Shown here: piece by piece, positions 1 to 9,677 of the stretch
Position numbering within the stretch: position 1 is the stretch's first letter
How the letters are laid out: the number at the start of each line of letters is the position of its first letter
DNA from: a bacterium
GTDB lineage: Bacteria > UBA10199 > 2-02-FULL-50-16 > JAJFLM01
Length of the DNA: 64,000 nucleotides
Assembly (NCBI GenBank): GCA_965216315.1
Contig: CBDCFN010000016.1
Location: 2,176,001-2,240,000, forward strand
Direction of reading: 5' to 3'
Position numbers and translations under genes: made by a program
The notes under the pieces: model-generated
The model's database searches: none
The model's input: only the letters and a program-made list of their open reading frames with translations
Told to the model about the DNA's origin: nothing

Positions 1-1177
1 TGACATTACCAGGAAGCGTGGCGCTGACCGGATTCGTTCCGCCCATCTGCATCATGCCGGTGAGCAGTGTGTCCGCCGTAAAGGTCTGGTGGGCACCGCT
101 GTTAACCGCCACGGCATTGTTAATGCCGGTACTCATGGCCGACTCAAAAAAGCTCGTCCACTGGGCCTGATTCCAGCCCATGTCACCGCCGATGCCATTG
201 TTCATAAAGGTCTGGGCCATCAGCGGCGCGACTTGTTGCGCAAATCCCTCGGCGGAATAACAGGAATCCGCGAGATGAGCCAACTCCGCCGGCAGGGGTA
301 TATCCACGCCTGCGACGTTGGCCATCAAGACCGGACTCGTCATGGCGGAAAAACCAGCGGCTTGCGGCTCCGTCACCGGAGAAGAATCGCCGGCAGACAC
401 AGGCTCACTGGCCCCATCACTCACCGGTGCCGTTTCACCCTGGGGAGCCACCGCGCCTTGGCCTTGAGCCGCTAAAAACTCAGCGAACATGCGGCCGGCT
501 TGCTCGGGCGAAATACCGCCGCCGCCACCGTTGCCATCACCATCGCCATTCCCGCCACCGCGGCGGTTTTTCAGCCAATTTTTGAAGCTATGGTAAACAT
601 CCGGACCGACGGTAAAGGCCGCCAGTAGGAAGAAAAATTCTACGAGGTGGTCTTGGGTCGGGGGACGCAGACGTTCCATCGATGAGGCGAGCGCATCACA
701 TTGTTGATCCGACAGACCCGTCGGACATTCGCCATCGAACCAATGCAGAGGATTGTACCAGCTTTCACCGCCCCGAATCGTGCGAATGATCCCTTCACGA
801 ATCGCCGGTTGATCGGCCTTGATGCACAGGGTCCCGGCACGGCCACCGAAGGCGGATAGGGAGACACGATCTTGAGACATGTTAGGAAAACCGCGGACGG
901 CGTCGGCGGCATCATGGTCGAAAGTCGCCCCATGTGGACCGGAATCGGCAATCTCGTAGTAGCCCTGTCGCGAGTCGCAAGAACGTAAAGTTTCGCCGAT
1001 ATAATCGGCCCAGGGCTGGTCGCCGCTGGTGATAGTCGGGTCGGGAACGATCACGCCACCTTGCGTAAAAACCGCTCCGGGTTTATCTTCCGTGGCTCCA
1101 TAGGCCGTTCCCGGATTGGCTCGACACAGGCCGTTATGCCCCTCTAGATTTGACGCACCATAAAGATCGCATCCCAT
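1..1177 (-). CDS. Family A Cys-rich single-pass membrane protein, copy 1 (3' end runs off the window; missing from the ORF track)
   Basis: Manual translation from ATG at 1177 (RBS AAGGAG upstream): MGCDLYGASNLEGHNGLCRANPGTAYG...GYYEIADSGP...FPNMSQDR...EFFFLLAAFTVGPDVYHSFKNWLKNRRGGG. Clear paralogue of 1434..2756. Confidence 0.9.
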   Translation of the reverse strand, partial: MGCDLYGASNLEGHNGLCRANPGTAYGATEDKPGAVFTQGGVIVPDPTITSGDQPWADYIGETLRSCDSRQGYYEIADSGPHGATFDHDAADAVRGFPNMSQDRVSLSAFGGRAGTLCIKADQPAIREGIIRTIRGGESWYNPLHWFDGECPTGLSDQQCDALASSMERLRPPTQDHLVEFFFLLAAFTVGPDVYHSFKNWLKNRRGGGNGDGDGNGGGGGISPEQAGRMFAEFLAAQGQGAVAPQGETAPVSDGASEPVSAGDSSPVTEPQAAGFSAMTSPVLMANVAGVDIPLPAELAHLADSCYSAEGFAQQVAPLMAQTFMNNGIGGDMGWNQAQWTSFFESAMSTGINNAVAVNSGAHQTFTADTLLTGMMQMGGTNPVSATLPGNV

Positions 1178-1299
1178 ATACAACTCCTTACGCAACGGGC
1201 GCCCAAACGCCCATGTTATACACTACACGCTGTCTAAACTAGGTGCTGAGTTCCATGCACAGCACACGACACTTTTAAACACACGCTTACTCATAGGCA

Positions 1300-1326
1300 T
1301 TATCGGTGTCGATTTGCGAAAGTTGC
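1300..1326 (-). promoter_or_regulatory. sigma-28-like bipartite promoter motif
   Basis: Minus strand GCAACTTT-CGCAAATCGAC-ACCGATAA upstream of family A copy 1; overlapped by inverted repeat TTGCGAA-N12-TTCGCAA (1314-1339). Confidence 0.75.
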
Positions 1327-1433
1327 GGTAAATTCGCAAGGGGCTGACGAAAATTAGAAAAACCGTCCCAAAATTGGCAAGAAACAGGCTCTAGGGGGCC
1401 CTCTCAACCCCCCAGGCCTGCAATTAGAAGTGC

Positions 1434-2756
1434 TTATAAGGGCACGGGAACCGGCGCCATTCGCGGCACCACGACGGGAGCCACGCGCGGCGTAACAACC
1501 GGCGCGACGCGCGGAACCACCACCGGGGCCGGAACCGCCGTTGGGGCGGGCGTCGGGATGGCCGCCGGATTCGCGGCCCGGACCCGACCGGGAACGGTCG
1601 CGGCGACCGAACTGACCCCGCCGAGCTGCATCATCCCGTCAAAGAGCGTATCGGCGGTCCGCGTCGTGCCGGCGGGTGCCGCCGTGGAAGCAGCCGCGTT
1701 ATTGATGCCGCTCGTCAGCGCGGATTGAAAGACACGGGTCCACTGGGCCTGATTCCAGCCCAGCTCACGACCAATGCCATTACGCATGGCCAATTGGGCA
1801 AAGATCGGTGCCGCTGCCTGGGCAAATCCCTCAGGAGTGTAAGAAACATCGGCCAAATGAGCCATCTCGGCAGGCAAGGCCATTTCAACCCCAGCCACTC
1901 GCGCCGTCACGCCGGAAACCGCCGTAAAAGTCGCAACCGGTGCCTCGGAAGCTGGGGTCTCCTCACCGGCCGGGGCCGCTTCGCCGGCTCCCTCCGCTTG
2001 GGGCGCGGCGTCAGCTTGGCCGGGAGCCGCGTGCATCGCAGCCAGGGCGCGGCCGAGCTGTTCCGGTGTCATCTCGATGTTGCCACCGCCACCGCCACTG
2101 CCTCCATTACCATCGCCATTGCCGCCATTGCGGCGGCTTTGGATCCATCTTTTCAGGGCGTGGTAGACATCCGGGCCAATCGTGAAGGCCGCGATCAAGA
2201 AGAAAAACTCGGTGAGATGGTCCTGCTGCGGAGGACGCAAATGTTCCATCGACGTCGCCAAGGCCTCACATTGTTGGTCGGAGAGTCCCGTCGGACATTC
2301 CCCGACAAACCAGCGCGCCGGTGAATAGTTCACATACCAGGGCCGGTTCCCGCGAATATGGCGGATGATTCCCTCACGTACCGCTGGTTGATCGGCGCGG
2401 AGACACAGGGTTCCGGGTCGGCCCGCGTGAGCGGAGAAAGACGCCCGATCTTGCGACATATTGGGGAAAGTTCTGACCACATCGGCAGAGGTATGATTGA
2501 AGGTCGCACCGTTGGGTCCTGAATCGGCAATTTCATAGTACCCTTGACGTGCGTCACAGGATCTCAGGCTCTCGCCGTGAAAGGCGCTCCACGGCTGGTC
2601 GTTAGCAGGCCGGGTCGGATCGGGAACGATGACCCCAGCTTGCGTCATAACGGCGCCGGGGCGACCGTCTCTAGGTCCGTAAGCCGTGCCCGGATTAGCG
2701 CGGCACAGACCGGGCTGCCCTTCCAAATTAGACGCACCATACAGATCGCAAGTCAT
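1434..2756 (-). CDS. Family A protein, copy 2
   Basis: 440 aa: conserved ~180-aa N-domain with 6 Cys, hydrophobic FFFLIAAFTIGPDVY followed by basic residues, Gly linker, Pro/Val-rich tail; RBS AAGGAG. Confidence 0.9.
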   Translation of the reverse strand: MTCDLYGASNLEGQPGLCRANPGTAYGPRDGRPGAVMTQAGVIVPDPTRPANDQPWSAFHGESLRSCDARQGYYEIADSGPNGATFNHTSADVVRTFPNMSQDRASFSAHAGRPGTLCLRADQPAVREGIIRHIRGNRPWYVNYSPARWFVGECPTGLSDQQCEALATSMEHLRPPQQDHLTEFFFLIAAFTIGPDVYHALKRWIQSRRNGGNGDGNGGSGGGGGNIEMTPEQLGRALAAMHAAPGQADAAPQAEGAGEAAPAGEETPASEAPVATFTAVSGVTARVAGVEMALPAEMAHLADVSYTPEGFAQAAAPIFAQLAMRNGIGRELGWNQAQWTRVFQSALTSGINNAAASTAAPAGTTRTADTLFDGMMQLGGVSSVAATVPGRVRAANPAAIPTPAPTAVPAPVVVPRVAPVVTPRVAPVVVPRMAPVPVPL

Positions 2757-2900
2757 AATCGGCTCCTTTTGCCGTCAACGAGGTCGTTGACTAAAAGGAG
2801 GCACTGCCTGGCTTAGGCCTGTTTGATTGATTTGGATAAGGTTTACCCGCGTCATAGTGTGCCTCCGGTTACGGAAGTCCACCATAACAACCCAATGTGG

Positions 2901-2927
2901 TTATCGGCATGGCCTTGCGAAAGTTGC
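2901..2927 (-). promoter_or_regulatory. sigma-28-like bipartite promoter motif
   Basis: GCAACTTT-CGCAAGGCCAT-GCCGATAA (perfect FliA -10); inverted repeat TTGCGAA-N12-TTCGCAA at 2915-2940. Confidence 0.8.
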
Positions 2928-2967
2928 GGGGAATTCGCAAAAGGCTGACGAAAATTGGGAACCGTTG

Positions 2968-3075
2968 TCTCCCCCTTTGTAAAGGGGGACTAAGGGGGAT
3001 TTAAGAGACGTCACGCAAATCCGTCTCTCGGGGTAAATTAAATCCCTCCTAACCTCCCTTTACAAAGGGAGGGAG
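2968..3075. repeat. REP/REPIN-like palindromic doublet (CCCCCTTTGTAAAGGGGG type)
   Basis: 2968-3004 is identical over 37 nt to 34822-34858; inverted partner at 3038-3066 matches 34870-34898. Confidence 0.85.
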
Positions 3076-3100
3076 CGCGAGTGCTGCAAGACGGGGCATT

Positions 3101-4090
3101 TTAAGGTATCGCCGGCACCAAACTCGGCTTGACGACCGGCACCGGCGCGCCCTTCGGGACAACCGGCGGCGCTGGAACGACCGGAACGGGAGGCGTCGCG
3201 ACAGGGGCTTTAGCCCCCTTGGCACCGGGCGTTGCTTTCGCTACGGGACTCTTGCTTCCATTCTGCAATTCAGCGTCAACGAAGCTATCAGCGGTAAATG
3301 GCTGGGCACTCGCGGGCTGCGCATTGGGTTGGACCTCCGGCTGAGGCGCGGTCTCGCCCTTGGCAGCCGCCGCCGCAGCCATCACCTGCGCCAACTGTTC
3401 CGGCGTCATTTCGATGTTCCCGTTCCCCCCGCCGGGACCACCGCCCTTGTCTCCCCCACCCCGATTTTTCCACCAATTCTTAAGTCCATGATAGATATCG
3501 GGACCGATGGTGAAAGCCGCGATCAAAAAGAAGAACTCCATCAGATGATTTTGCTGCGGGGGGCGCAGGGTTGACATCGAGTGGGCCAGGGCGTGGCATT
3601 GTTGATCATCAAGATCCTCGGGGCAGTCCCCGTCAAACCACGCCAAGGGGTTCCACCAGTCCTCCTTGCCCCAGAGCTTATAGATCAGGCCCTCGCGAAT
3701 CGCCGGTTGATCCGCCTTGACGCAGAGGGTCCCCGGCTTGCCACCAAAGGCGGATAAGGACACGCGGTCCTGCGACATGTTAGGAAATTTCCGGATCACA
3801 TCGGCCGACTTATGATCAAAGGTCGCGCCGTTGGGACCTGAGTCGGCAATCTCGTAGTAACCCGACCTAGAATCACAAGAACGCAGGCTCTCACCGTGAT
3901 AGGCCTCCCAGGGCTGGTCGTTCTTCGCCCGCGTCGGATCCGGGACAATGGTCCCGCTCTGGGTCATCACCGCGCCGGGTATCTTTTTGTTGTCGGAATT
4001 CTTTTGTTCGCCGTAGGCCGTACCGGGATTGGCGCGGCAGAGTCCTGGCTGTCCGGGAAGATCGGAAGCACCGTAGAGATCACATCCCAT
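3101..4090 (-). CDS. Family A protein, copy 3
   Basis: 329 aa starting MGCDLYGAS; same conserved blocks and TM; short Pro/Val tail. Confidence 0.9.
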   Translation of the reverse strand: MGCDLYGASDLPGQPGLCRANPGTAYGEQKNSDNKKIPGAVMTQSGTIVPDPTRAKNDQPWEAYHGESLRSCDSRSGYYEIADSGPNGATFDHKSADVIRKFPNMSQDRVSLSAFGGKPGTLCVKADQPAIREGLIYKLWGKEDWWNPLAWFDGDCPEDLDDQQCHALAHSMSTLRPPQQNHLMEFFFLIAAFTIGPDIYHGLKNWWKNRGGGDKGGGPGGGNGNIEMTPEQLAQVMAAAAAAKGETAPQPEVQPNAQPASAQPFTADSFVDAELQNGSKSPVAKATPGAKGAKAPVATPPVPVVPAPPVVPKGAPVPVVKPSLVPAIP

Positions 4091-4160
4091 TGTATTTCTC
4101 CTAGTTAAAGGGGTCCCAAGCCCTTAGTTAGTCGAAATACGCACCTAGACGTGTATCTAG

Positions 4161-4187
4161 TTATCGGTCCGGGTTTGCGAAAGTTGC
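4161..4187 (-). promoter_or_regulatory. sigma-28-like bipartite promoter motif
   Basis: GCAACTTT-CGCAAACCCGG-ACCGATAA upstream of copy 3. Confidence 0.75.
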
Positions 4188-4228
4188 GGGAAATTTGCAA
4201 GAAGTTGTCGAAAATTCGGAAAAATGGG

Positions 4229-4308
4229 TTCCCTCCCCTTACTTAAGGGGAGGGTTAGGGAGAGGTCTTTCTCGACCTCCCCTAGCCCCTCCTTCGTAAG
4301 GAGGGGAA
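4229..4308. repeat. REP/REPIN-like palindromic doublet (CCCCTCCTTCGTAAGGAGGGG type)
   Basis: Two inverted hairpin units; 4272-4308 matches 33759-33795 (inside hemW) at 36/37 nt. Confidence 0.85.
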
Positions 4309-4318
4309 ATACAATTAA

Positions 4319-5422
4319 CTACGGAACCACCGGCACCGGAGCCGCCCGCGGCACGAAGACCGGAGCCCTGACTGCAAAGGGTCGAGGGGCTGCAACGATG
4401 GGGACAGGCGGAGCGATTGTGGTCGGCTTGACTCCTGCCTTGCCGGCAGGCAGGCCCTTCGCGACCGGGACCTGACCCGCTGTCGTGGAACGGATGGCCT
4501 TGGCGCCACCATACTGCAACATCCCATGGATCAGACTATTGGCAACAAAGGTCTTGGGCTCGGTTGCCTGGGGCGCCTTGGCGGGTTCACCTTGCGCGGC
4601 AGCCACTCCCGCTAAAATTTGGCCGAGCTGTTCAAACGTGATGCTGTCGCCGCCACCACCACCATTACCTTTGCCGTCGCCATCACCACCGTTACGTTTA
4701 CTCTGAATCCAGCGCTTTAGGGCATGGTAGACATCAGGGCCGATCGTAAAAGCCGCCAGCAGGAAAAAGAACTCCACGAAGTGGTTCTGGCTCGGCGGCC
4801 GCAGGTTTTCCATCGAAGTCGCGAGGGCCGTGCACTGCTTATCCGTCAGTCCTTTTGGGCACTCACCTGCATCCCCCATAAACAGGCGCAAGGGCGTATA
4901 ACGGACATACCAGGGCATATCCCCATTAATCTTGCGAATAATCCCCTCGCGTATCGACGGCTGATCGGCCTTGATACACAGCGTCCCGGCCCGGCCGGCA
5001 TGCGCGGAAAAGAACACGCGTCCCTGCGACATATTAGGGAATTTGCGGACGACGTTGGCCGAGTGCTTATTAAACGTCGCGCCTTTCGGACCGGAATCGG
5101 CAATTTCATAATAACCGCGGCGCGAATCGCACGACCACAGCTTCTCACCGAAAAATTTGCTCCAAGGTTGTTTATTGTGGGGAAGCTTGGGATCGGGGAC
5201 GATCGTCCCGGTTCCGGTAATGACAGCACCTGTGCGACCCTTTTTCGGTCCGTAGGCCGTTCCGGGATTGGCGCGACACAGGCCACTGGGCTTGCGGACA
5301 CGGGCCGCCTTATTCGGGGATGAAACGACTTTCCCGGTTGCGTCGAGATATTGACCTTTGCGGTTCACACGCGGAACCGTGCGCATGATCGGTGATGCAC
5401 CGTACAAATTACAACTTGCCAT
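4319..5422 (-). CDS. Family A protein, copy 4 (basic N-terminal insertion)
   Basis: 367 aa starting MASCNLYGAS, with a ~30-aa K/R-rich insert before GLCRANPGTAYG; RBS AAGGAG. Confidence 0.9.
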   Translation of the reverse strand: MASCNLYGASPIMRTVPRVNRKGQYLDATGKVVSSPNKAARVRKPSGLCRANPGTAYGPKKGRTGAVITGTGTIVPDPKLPHNKQPWSKFFGEKLWSCDSRRGYYEIADSGPKGATFNKHSANVVRKFPNMSQGRVFFSAHAGRAGTLCIKADQPSIREGIIRKINGDMPWYVRYTPLRLFMGDAGECPKGLTDKQCTALATSMENLRPPSQNHFVEFFFLLAAFTIGPDVYHALKRWIQSKRNGGDGDGKGNGGGGGDSITFEQLGQILAGVAAAQGEPAKAPQATEPKTFVANSLIHGMLQYGGAKAIRSTTAGQVPVAKGLPAGKAGVKPTTIAPPVPIVAAPRPFAVRAPVFVPRAAPVPVVP

Positions 5423-5482
5423 GAGTAGACTCCTTACTCATCCGTCCACCTCAAGAATGAATAAGAGTGCCTATCTCCCCAG

Positions 5483-5509
5483 TTATCGGTTCGCATCTGC
5501 GAATGTTGC
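5483..5509 (-). promoter_or_regulatory. sigma-28-like bipartite promoter motif
   Basis: GCAACATT-CGCAGATGCGA-ACCGATAA upstream of copy 4. Confidence 0.7.
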
Positions 5510-5584
5510 GGAAAATTCGCAAAGGCTTAGCGAGATTTCGAAACTATGGAAATACTAAGTGAAATCAGTGTGTTACATCACGCT

Positions 5585-8305
5585 CTATTGATACAGAATG
5601 TTCTGCATCTCTTGAAAACGCGCCTCATCAAAAACAAAATTATTTCCATGAGATCCTCCACGCAAGAACGTCGACGAGGATGAGGATGAATGGCAACCGC
5701 TAGGACAGGGATTAGAATTCGGCTGCGGACCCGTCATGTCGAAGCGAATGTCTTTAAAGTCGTCATCTTTGGATTTGAAATCCTTGCTGACCGTGAAATC
5801 GATCGATTCGACGAATTTCTCCGGACCTTTGGCCTTGAGGACCTGGCGCAGCTGCTCCAAAAAGAGAATTTGGGCGCGGCGGATTTCGCCCTCCGGCCGC
5901 GGCCGCCCAACCTGTTTGCCGCCGGCAGCGGTAACGCGCGCGCCGCGAAAGAACTTCCGCTGCTCTTCCGTGTACTCCGGATTGCCCGCAGCATTAAACT
6001 TAGGCGCGAGCTTCATCATCACGTGGCCGGTGTGTGTCACGGTCGGGTCCAGCGTAATCATTTGCGGCTCACCGGTTTGAGGATCGATTTTCTTTTCACC
6101 CGTCTCAGGGTCCACAGCCGGCAAAGTATCCCGCATGATGAGCGTGTAATTCTTGGCCTGTTCATTCCAAGCAGCCTCAATCTTGGTCGTTAACTCCGTA
6201 CCTTCCTTGCGCATCATCAGATGGATGACGCCGTCCTTCGTCCGTTTGATTTCGATGTGAATCCCGTCATTAAAAGCGACTTCACCGTAACTATCGTAAA
6301 GAATGGAGAGGGGAAATTTGCGAACACCGGCACTCGTCTTAATAACGACTTCATCCTGATCGACGCCGCTCGGTGACTTGGTCTGATGGATTTCGACGGA
6401 AACACCGAGTCCTACTTCAGCCATGCGATGGTAGAGATCGGCATATTTTTTGCGAATAAAGGTCGTCAGGTGTGTTTCTAAATCACGGCGGCCTTTAAAC
6501 ATTTTTTCAAGGTAGTTGGAAACCGCTTGGATATCCGGCTGCTTATTTGCATAGAGCGCCCGTATGTCGGCACCCCGTTGCACATACGCCTTGTCATCGG
6601 TCGCCGCGATCAAATCAATGACCTTAAAGGTCCCACTCATATCGTTCTGTTTAACGAAGTCCTGGAGAATGGATTCGACGGTATTGTAATCGATGAAATA
6701 ATCTTTACCGGTAATCGCCCGCGTCTCGGCATCCGCTTGGCGCATCCCTTCCCAACTCGCGGGAAAGGCGACGTTCTTAACGAACTGATTCGGAAAGGTG
6801 ATCCCCGCGCCTTCCAGCCATTGATTGTAGACCTTGGATATCTTGGCATTAGCCTCACTGCCGCCGGTCACCAGACCTTTGACACAAATCGACCACTTCT
6901 TGATGCTGGGAAACCACGAGTCATTGATGCTCTTGCCGTAGACCTCATTAAACAACGCCTCATTCAGCGAGTAATCGGCATTGCGAAACGCCGGCGACCA
7001 AATTTGTTCGCCGATGCCCAGGCCCAATTCAAAAGACAGCGGGACGCCATAAGCCAACGACGCGCCTTCAATCAACAAACCACCGCCGCGCGCCAGCCAA
7101 CCGTAGCTTGAATTGCGCATGATTGACGTGCCCAGCGATCGATAGCCGAGCCGTTGGCCCTGCGTCTTGGCGAGCGTCGACGCCGCGGCCGCGCGTACCG
7201 CATAACCTTTAAACAACTTCGAATACAGGGCCGCCGGCAAGCCGGCACTGATCAGTAAGTTACCCGTACCGCCCTTCTTGAGCGTTTCGATCCCTCCCCA
7301 ACCGCCTCCGATCCAGTGGGTCAATTCACTCGTAATCCCGGACACAACGACGAGTTCACCGCCGACCTGCTTGAATTGCGTCCAACTAAACGCCGGAATC
7401 TCCGGTGCACTCGGCATCAACATGCGGGGAAAGGTGTTGTTGTAAGTATGACGCAGCAAGGAGTATTCGGCACCCCCGAGCGCGATATTTGAAAACACGC
7501 GCTGATAAGGGTCATCGATACCGAGGGCCTGGGATTGTTGATCAACCGCCCAGTAGGCCGCCGCATAAGGGACAGCAACCCCTAAACCCTTAAAAATAAC
7601 TCGCGGGGTATTATGGTAAAAATTTTGCACTAGCTTCGGGGACAATGCAGCCACACCCCCAGCGAGCACGGTCGAACTCGACATGCCAAAAGAATTGGTA
7701 TCGAGCTTCGGTCGTTGCTTGATTTTCTGACCATACTCGTGCGGATGGACGACGGCATAGACTGGCGTCGGTCCGCCGGATGCGACTGGACGCGTGTAGA
7801 ACTCTTCATTCGCACCGGGCTTATAGTCGGGATACTCATGCGAGGGCGCGCGATGGAGCAAGACGATCGGGCGCCCGCCCTTGACGTACTTGACGCTCAT
7901 GAACCAACCGACCTTGTATTCCTGCGGCGGGCGCAATGAAGCCGGCATTTCATCATAAATGGAATTGACGGGAATGCGCTTGTCATCGGTAAACGTCTTG
8001 CGCAAGTACTGATACTCGTCGATCTCTTCCGCGGCGAGAAAATTGGCACCGAAGTTGAGGACGCGATCCGATTTTTGATCGATATCATAAACGATGGGCA
8101 GGCCGGATGACGTATCCGTTTCGTTTTTCCTGCTAAAATCCGCCGCAAAAAAGACCGGCTCGCTCGTCGGCCCAAAAATCAGTGCGGGGGGAACCGCCAC
8201 GCCCTGTCCTTCCTTGATAGGAGGCGTTACCATCATCTCCCCATGGTCCGCATAGAATTGCGGCTTGGTGTAGCGGCAGACGGATATTGTCGGATCACAA
8301 GTCAT
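5585..8305 (-). CDS. Large hypothetical protein with several Gly/Ala-rich hydrophobic segments
   Basis: 906-aa ORF starting MTCDPTISVC; RBS GGAAGG; 27 bp downstream of family A copy 5, so probably co-transcribed. No family recognised. Confidence 0.8.
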   Translation of the reverse strand: MTCDPTISVCRYTKPQFYADHGEMMVTPPIKEGQGVAVPPALIFGPTSEPVFFAADFSRKNETDTSSGLPIVYDIDQKSDRVLNFGANFLAAEEIDEYQYLRKTFTDDKRIPVNSIYDEMPASLRPPQEYKVGWFMSVKYVKGGRPIVLLHRAPSHEYPDYKPGANEEFYTRPVASGGPTPVYAVVHPHEYGQKIKQRPKLDTNSFGMSSSTVLAGGVAALSPKLVQNFYHNTPRVIFKGLGVAVPYAAAYWAVDQQSQALGIDDPYQRVFSNIALGGAEYSLLRHTYNNTFPRMLMPSAPEIPAFSWTQFKQVGGELVVVSGITSELTHWIGGGWGGIETLKKGGTGNLLISAGLPAALYSKLFKGYAVRAAAASTLAKTQGQRLGYRSLGTSIMRNSSYGWLARGGGLLIEGASLAYGVPLSFELGLGIGEQIWSPAFRNADYSLNEALFNEVYGKSINDSWFPSIKKWSICVKGLVTGGSEANAKISKVYNQWLEGAGITFPNQFVKNVAFPASWEGMRQADAETRAITGKDYFIDYNTVESILQDFVKQNDMSGTFKVIDLIAATDDKAYVQRGADIRALYANKQPDIQAVSNYLEKMFKGRRDLETHLTTFIRKKYADLYHRMAEVGLGVSVEIHQTKSPSGVDQDEVVIKTSAGVRKFPLSILYDSYGEVAFNDGIHIEIKRTKDGVIHLMMRKEGTELTTKIEAAWNEQAKNYTLIMRDTLPAVDPETGEKKIDPQTGEPQMITLDPTVTHTGHVMMKLAPKFNAAGNPEYTEEQRKFFRGARVTAAGGKQVGRPRPEGEIRRAQILFLEQLRQVLKAKGPEKFVESIDFTVSKDFKSKDDDFKDIRFDMTGPQPNSNPCPSGCHSSSSSSTFLRGGSHGNNFVFDEARFQEMQNILYQ

Positions 8306-8332
8306 ATCAGAGCACCTTCCTAAGTAACGAGA

Positions 8333-9583
8333 TTAGAGGGCCGGCACCATGACCGGTGGCGTCACCGTCACGGGGGCAATGCGTATGCTAAACGTCGGCG
8401 CGGCAACCACCCGACCACCAACCGTGCGCGCCCCGGCTCCGGCAAAGACCTTGAGGCCACTTCCCTGGATCGTAAACGCCACCGCATCACTCGGCGAAAA
8501 TTGATCGCTCTTCACGTTGACGAAGTCGACCAGGCCCGCATGACCTTGCGCAATCCCGACGGCTGCGAGCGCGGATTGTTGTGTTGAGGTCGAGGCAGTG
8601 ACTTCCGTCAGTTGAACGGTGTCCATTGCAGCTCCGTTGGTCTCCATACGCCAGGACTTTCCGGCGATCGCGTGCAAGGCATCGGCAACCTTAAAAGCCG
8701 GGTGATCGGGAACCAATACCAGCGGCGGATTCAACGCCTCGTCCGAGATCGCATACCACTGGCCATTGATCTGGGTGTAGGCGCCTACGAGGGTCATCGA
8801 CGATTGCGATACGGGAGTCAGTGCGGAAATAAACTCACTGCTCGTCTCCTGCGAGAGCTGCTGCTTCGCGTCCATGACGCCATGATGATAGGCCCGAATA
8901 ATATCGTCTACCGAGCCGCCACCACCATTCCCGGAACCGTTGCCGTCACCATCGCCTTTCCCCTTTTTAAAGCGATTTTTAATCCCGTGATAGATATCGG
9001 GACCGATCGTAAAGGCGGCGATCAGAAAGAAGAACTCCATCAGATGGTTTTGTGACGGCGGCCGTAACTGCGCCATTGACGAGGCCAGGGCATCACATTG
9101 TTGACCACTCAGCCCCTTCGGGCAATCGCCGTCAAACCAATGAAAAGGATTGTACCAATCCTCGCCCCCGCGAATCGTGCGGATAATACCTTCACGAATC
9201 GAGGGTTGATCGGCCTTGATGCATAAAGTCCCGGCTTTCCCGCCAAAAGCAGACAGCATGACCCGATCTTTAGACATGTTGGGAAATTTACGGACGACGT
9301 TGGCGGATTTCTTGTCGAAGGTTGCACCCTTCGGGCCCGAATCGGCGATTTCGTAGTAACCATGTTTAGGATCGCAGGCTCGCAAGGTCTCACCGATGAA
9401 AGCTCCCCAAGGCTGATCTTCCGGCTTGACGCCCTGCAACGTCGGGTCGGGGACGATAGCTCCTTTTTGAGTAAAAACAGCCCCTGGTTTGTCGTCTTTG
9501 GGGCCGTAAGCGGTACCGGGATTGGCTCGACAGAGCCCTTTGTGTCCTTGAAGGTTGGACGCACCGTAGAGTTCGCAACCCAT
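8333..9583 (-). CDS. Family A protein, copy 5
   Basis: Start moved to ATG 9583 (MGCELYGAS; RBS GAGGAGGAG). Conserved N-domain and TM, distinct C-terminal region. Confidence 0.9.
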   Translation of the reverse strand: MGCELYGASNLQGHKGLCRANPGTAYGPKDDKPGAVFTQKGAIVPDPTLQGVKPEDQPWGAFIGETLRACDPKHGYYEIADSGPKGATFDKKSANVVRKFPNMSKDRVMLSAFGGKAGTLCIKADQPSIREGIIRTIRGGEDWYNPFHWFDGDCPKGLSGQQCDALASSMAQLRPPSQNHLMEFFFLIAAFTIGPDIYHGIKNRFKKGKGDGDGNGSGNGGGGSVDDIIRAYHHGVMDAKQQLSQETSSEFISALTPVSQSSMTLVGAYTQINGQWYAISDEALNPPLVLVPDHPAFKVADALHAIAGKSWRMETNGAAMDTVQLTEVTASTSTQQSALAAVGIAQGHAGLVDFVNVKSDQFSPSDAVAFTIQGSGLKVFAGAGARTVGGRVVAAPTFSIRIAPVTVTPPVMVPAL

Positions 9584-9650
9584 GATCACTCCTCCTCGCC
9601 TCGGAGCGCGCATGGCTGTAGAGGCGGATTAGGCCCCTAATCTATTAGCA

Positions 9651-9677
9651 TTATCGGTATCGGAAGGTGAAAGTTGC
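9651..9677 (-). promoter_or_regulatory. sigma-28-like bipartite promoter motif
   Basis: GCAACTTT-CACCTTCCGAT-ACCGATAA. Confidence 0.75.

Noticed and set aside
5688..5710. CPSGCH as a heme c binding site
   Set aside because: Spacing is CX3CH, it is single, lies in a low-complexity tail, and the protein has no export signal.
1160..9583. MGC starts as eukaryotic N-myristoylation signals
   Set aside because: Only three of five copies have Gly2 (others MTC, MASC) and residue 6 is Tyr rather than Ser/Thr; the Cys, not the Gly, is conserved.
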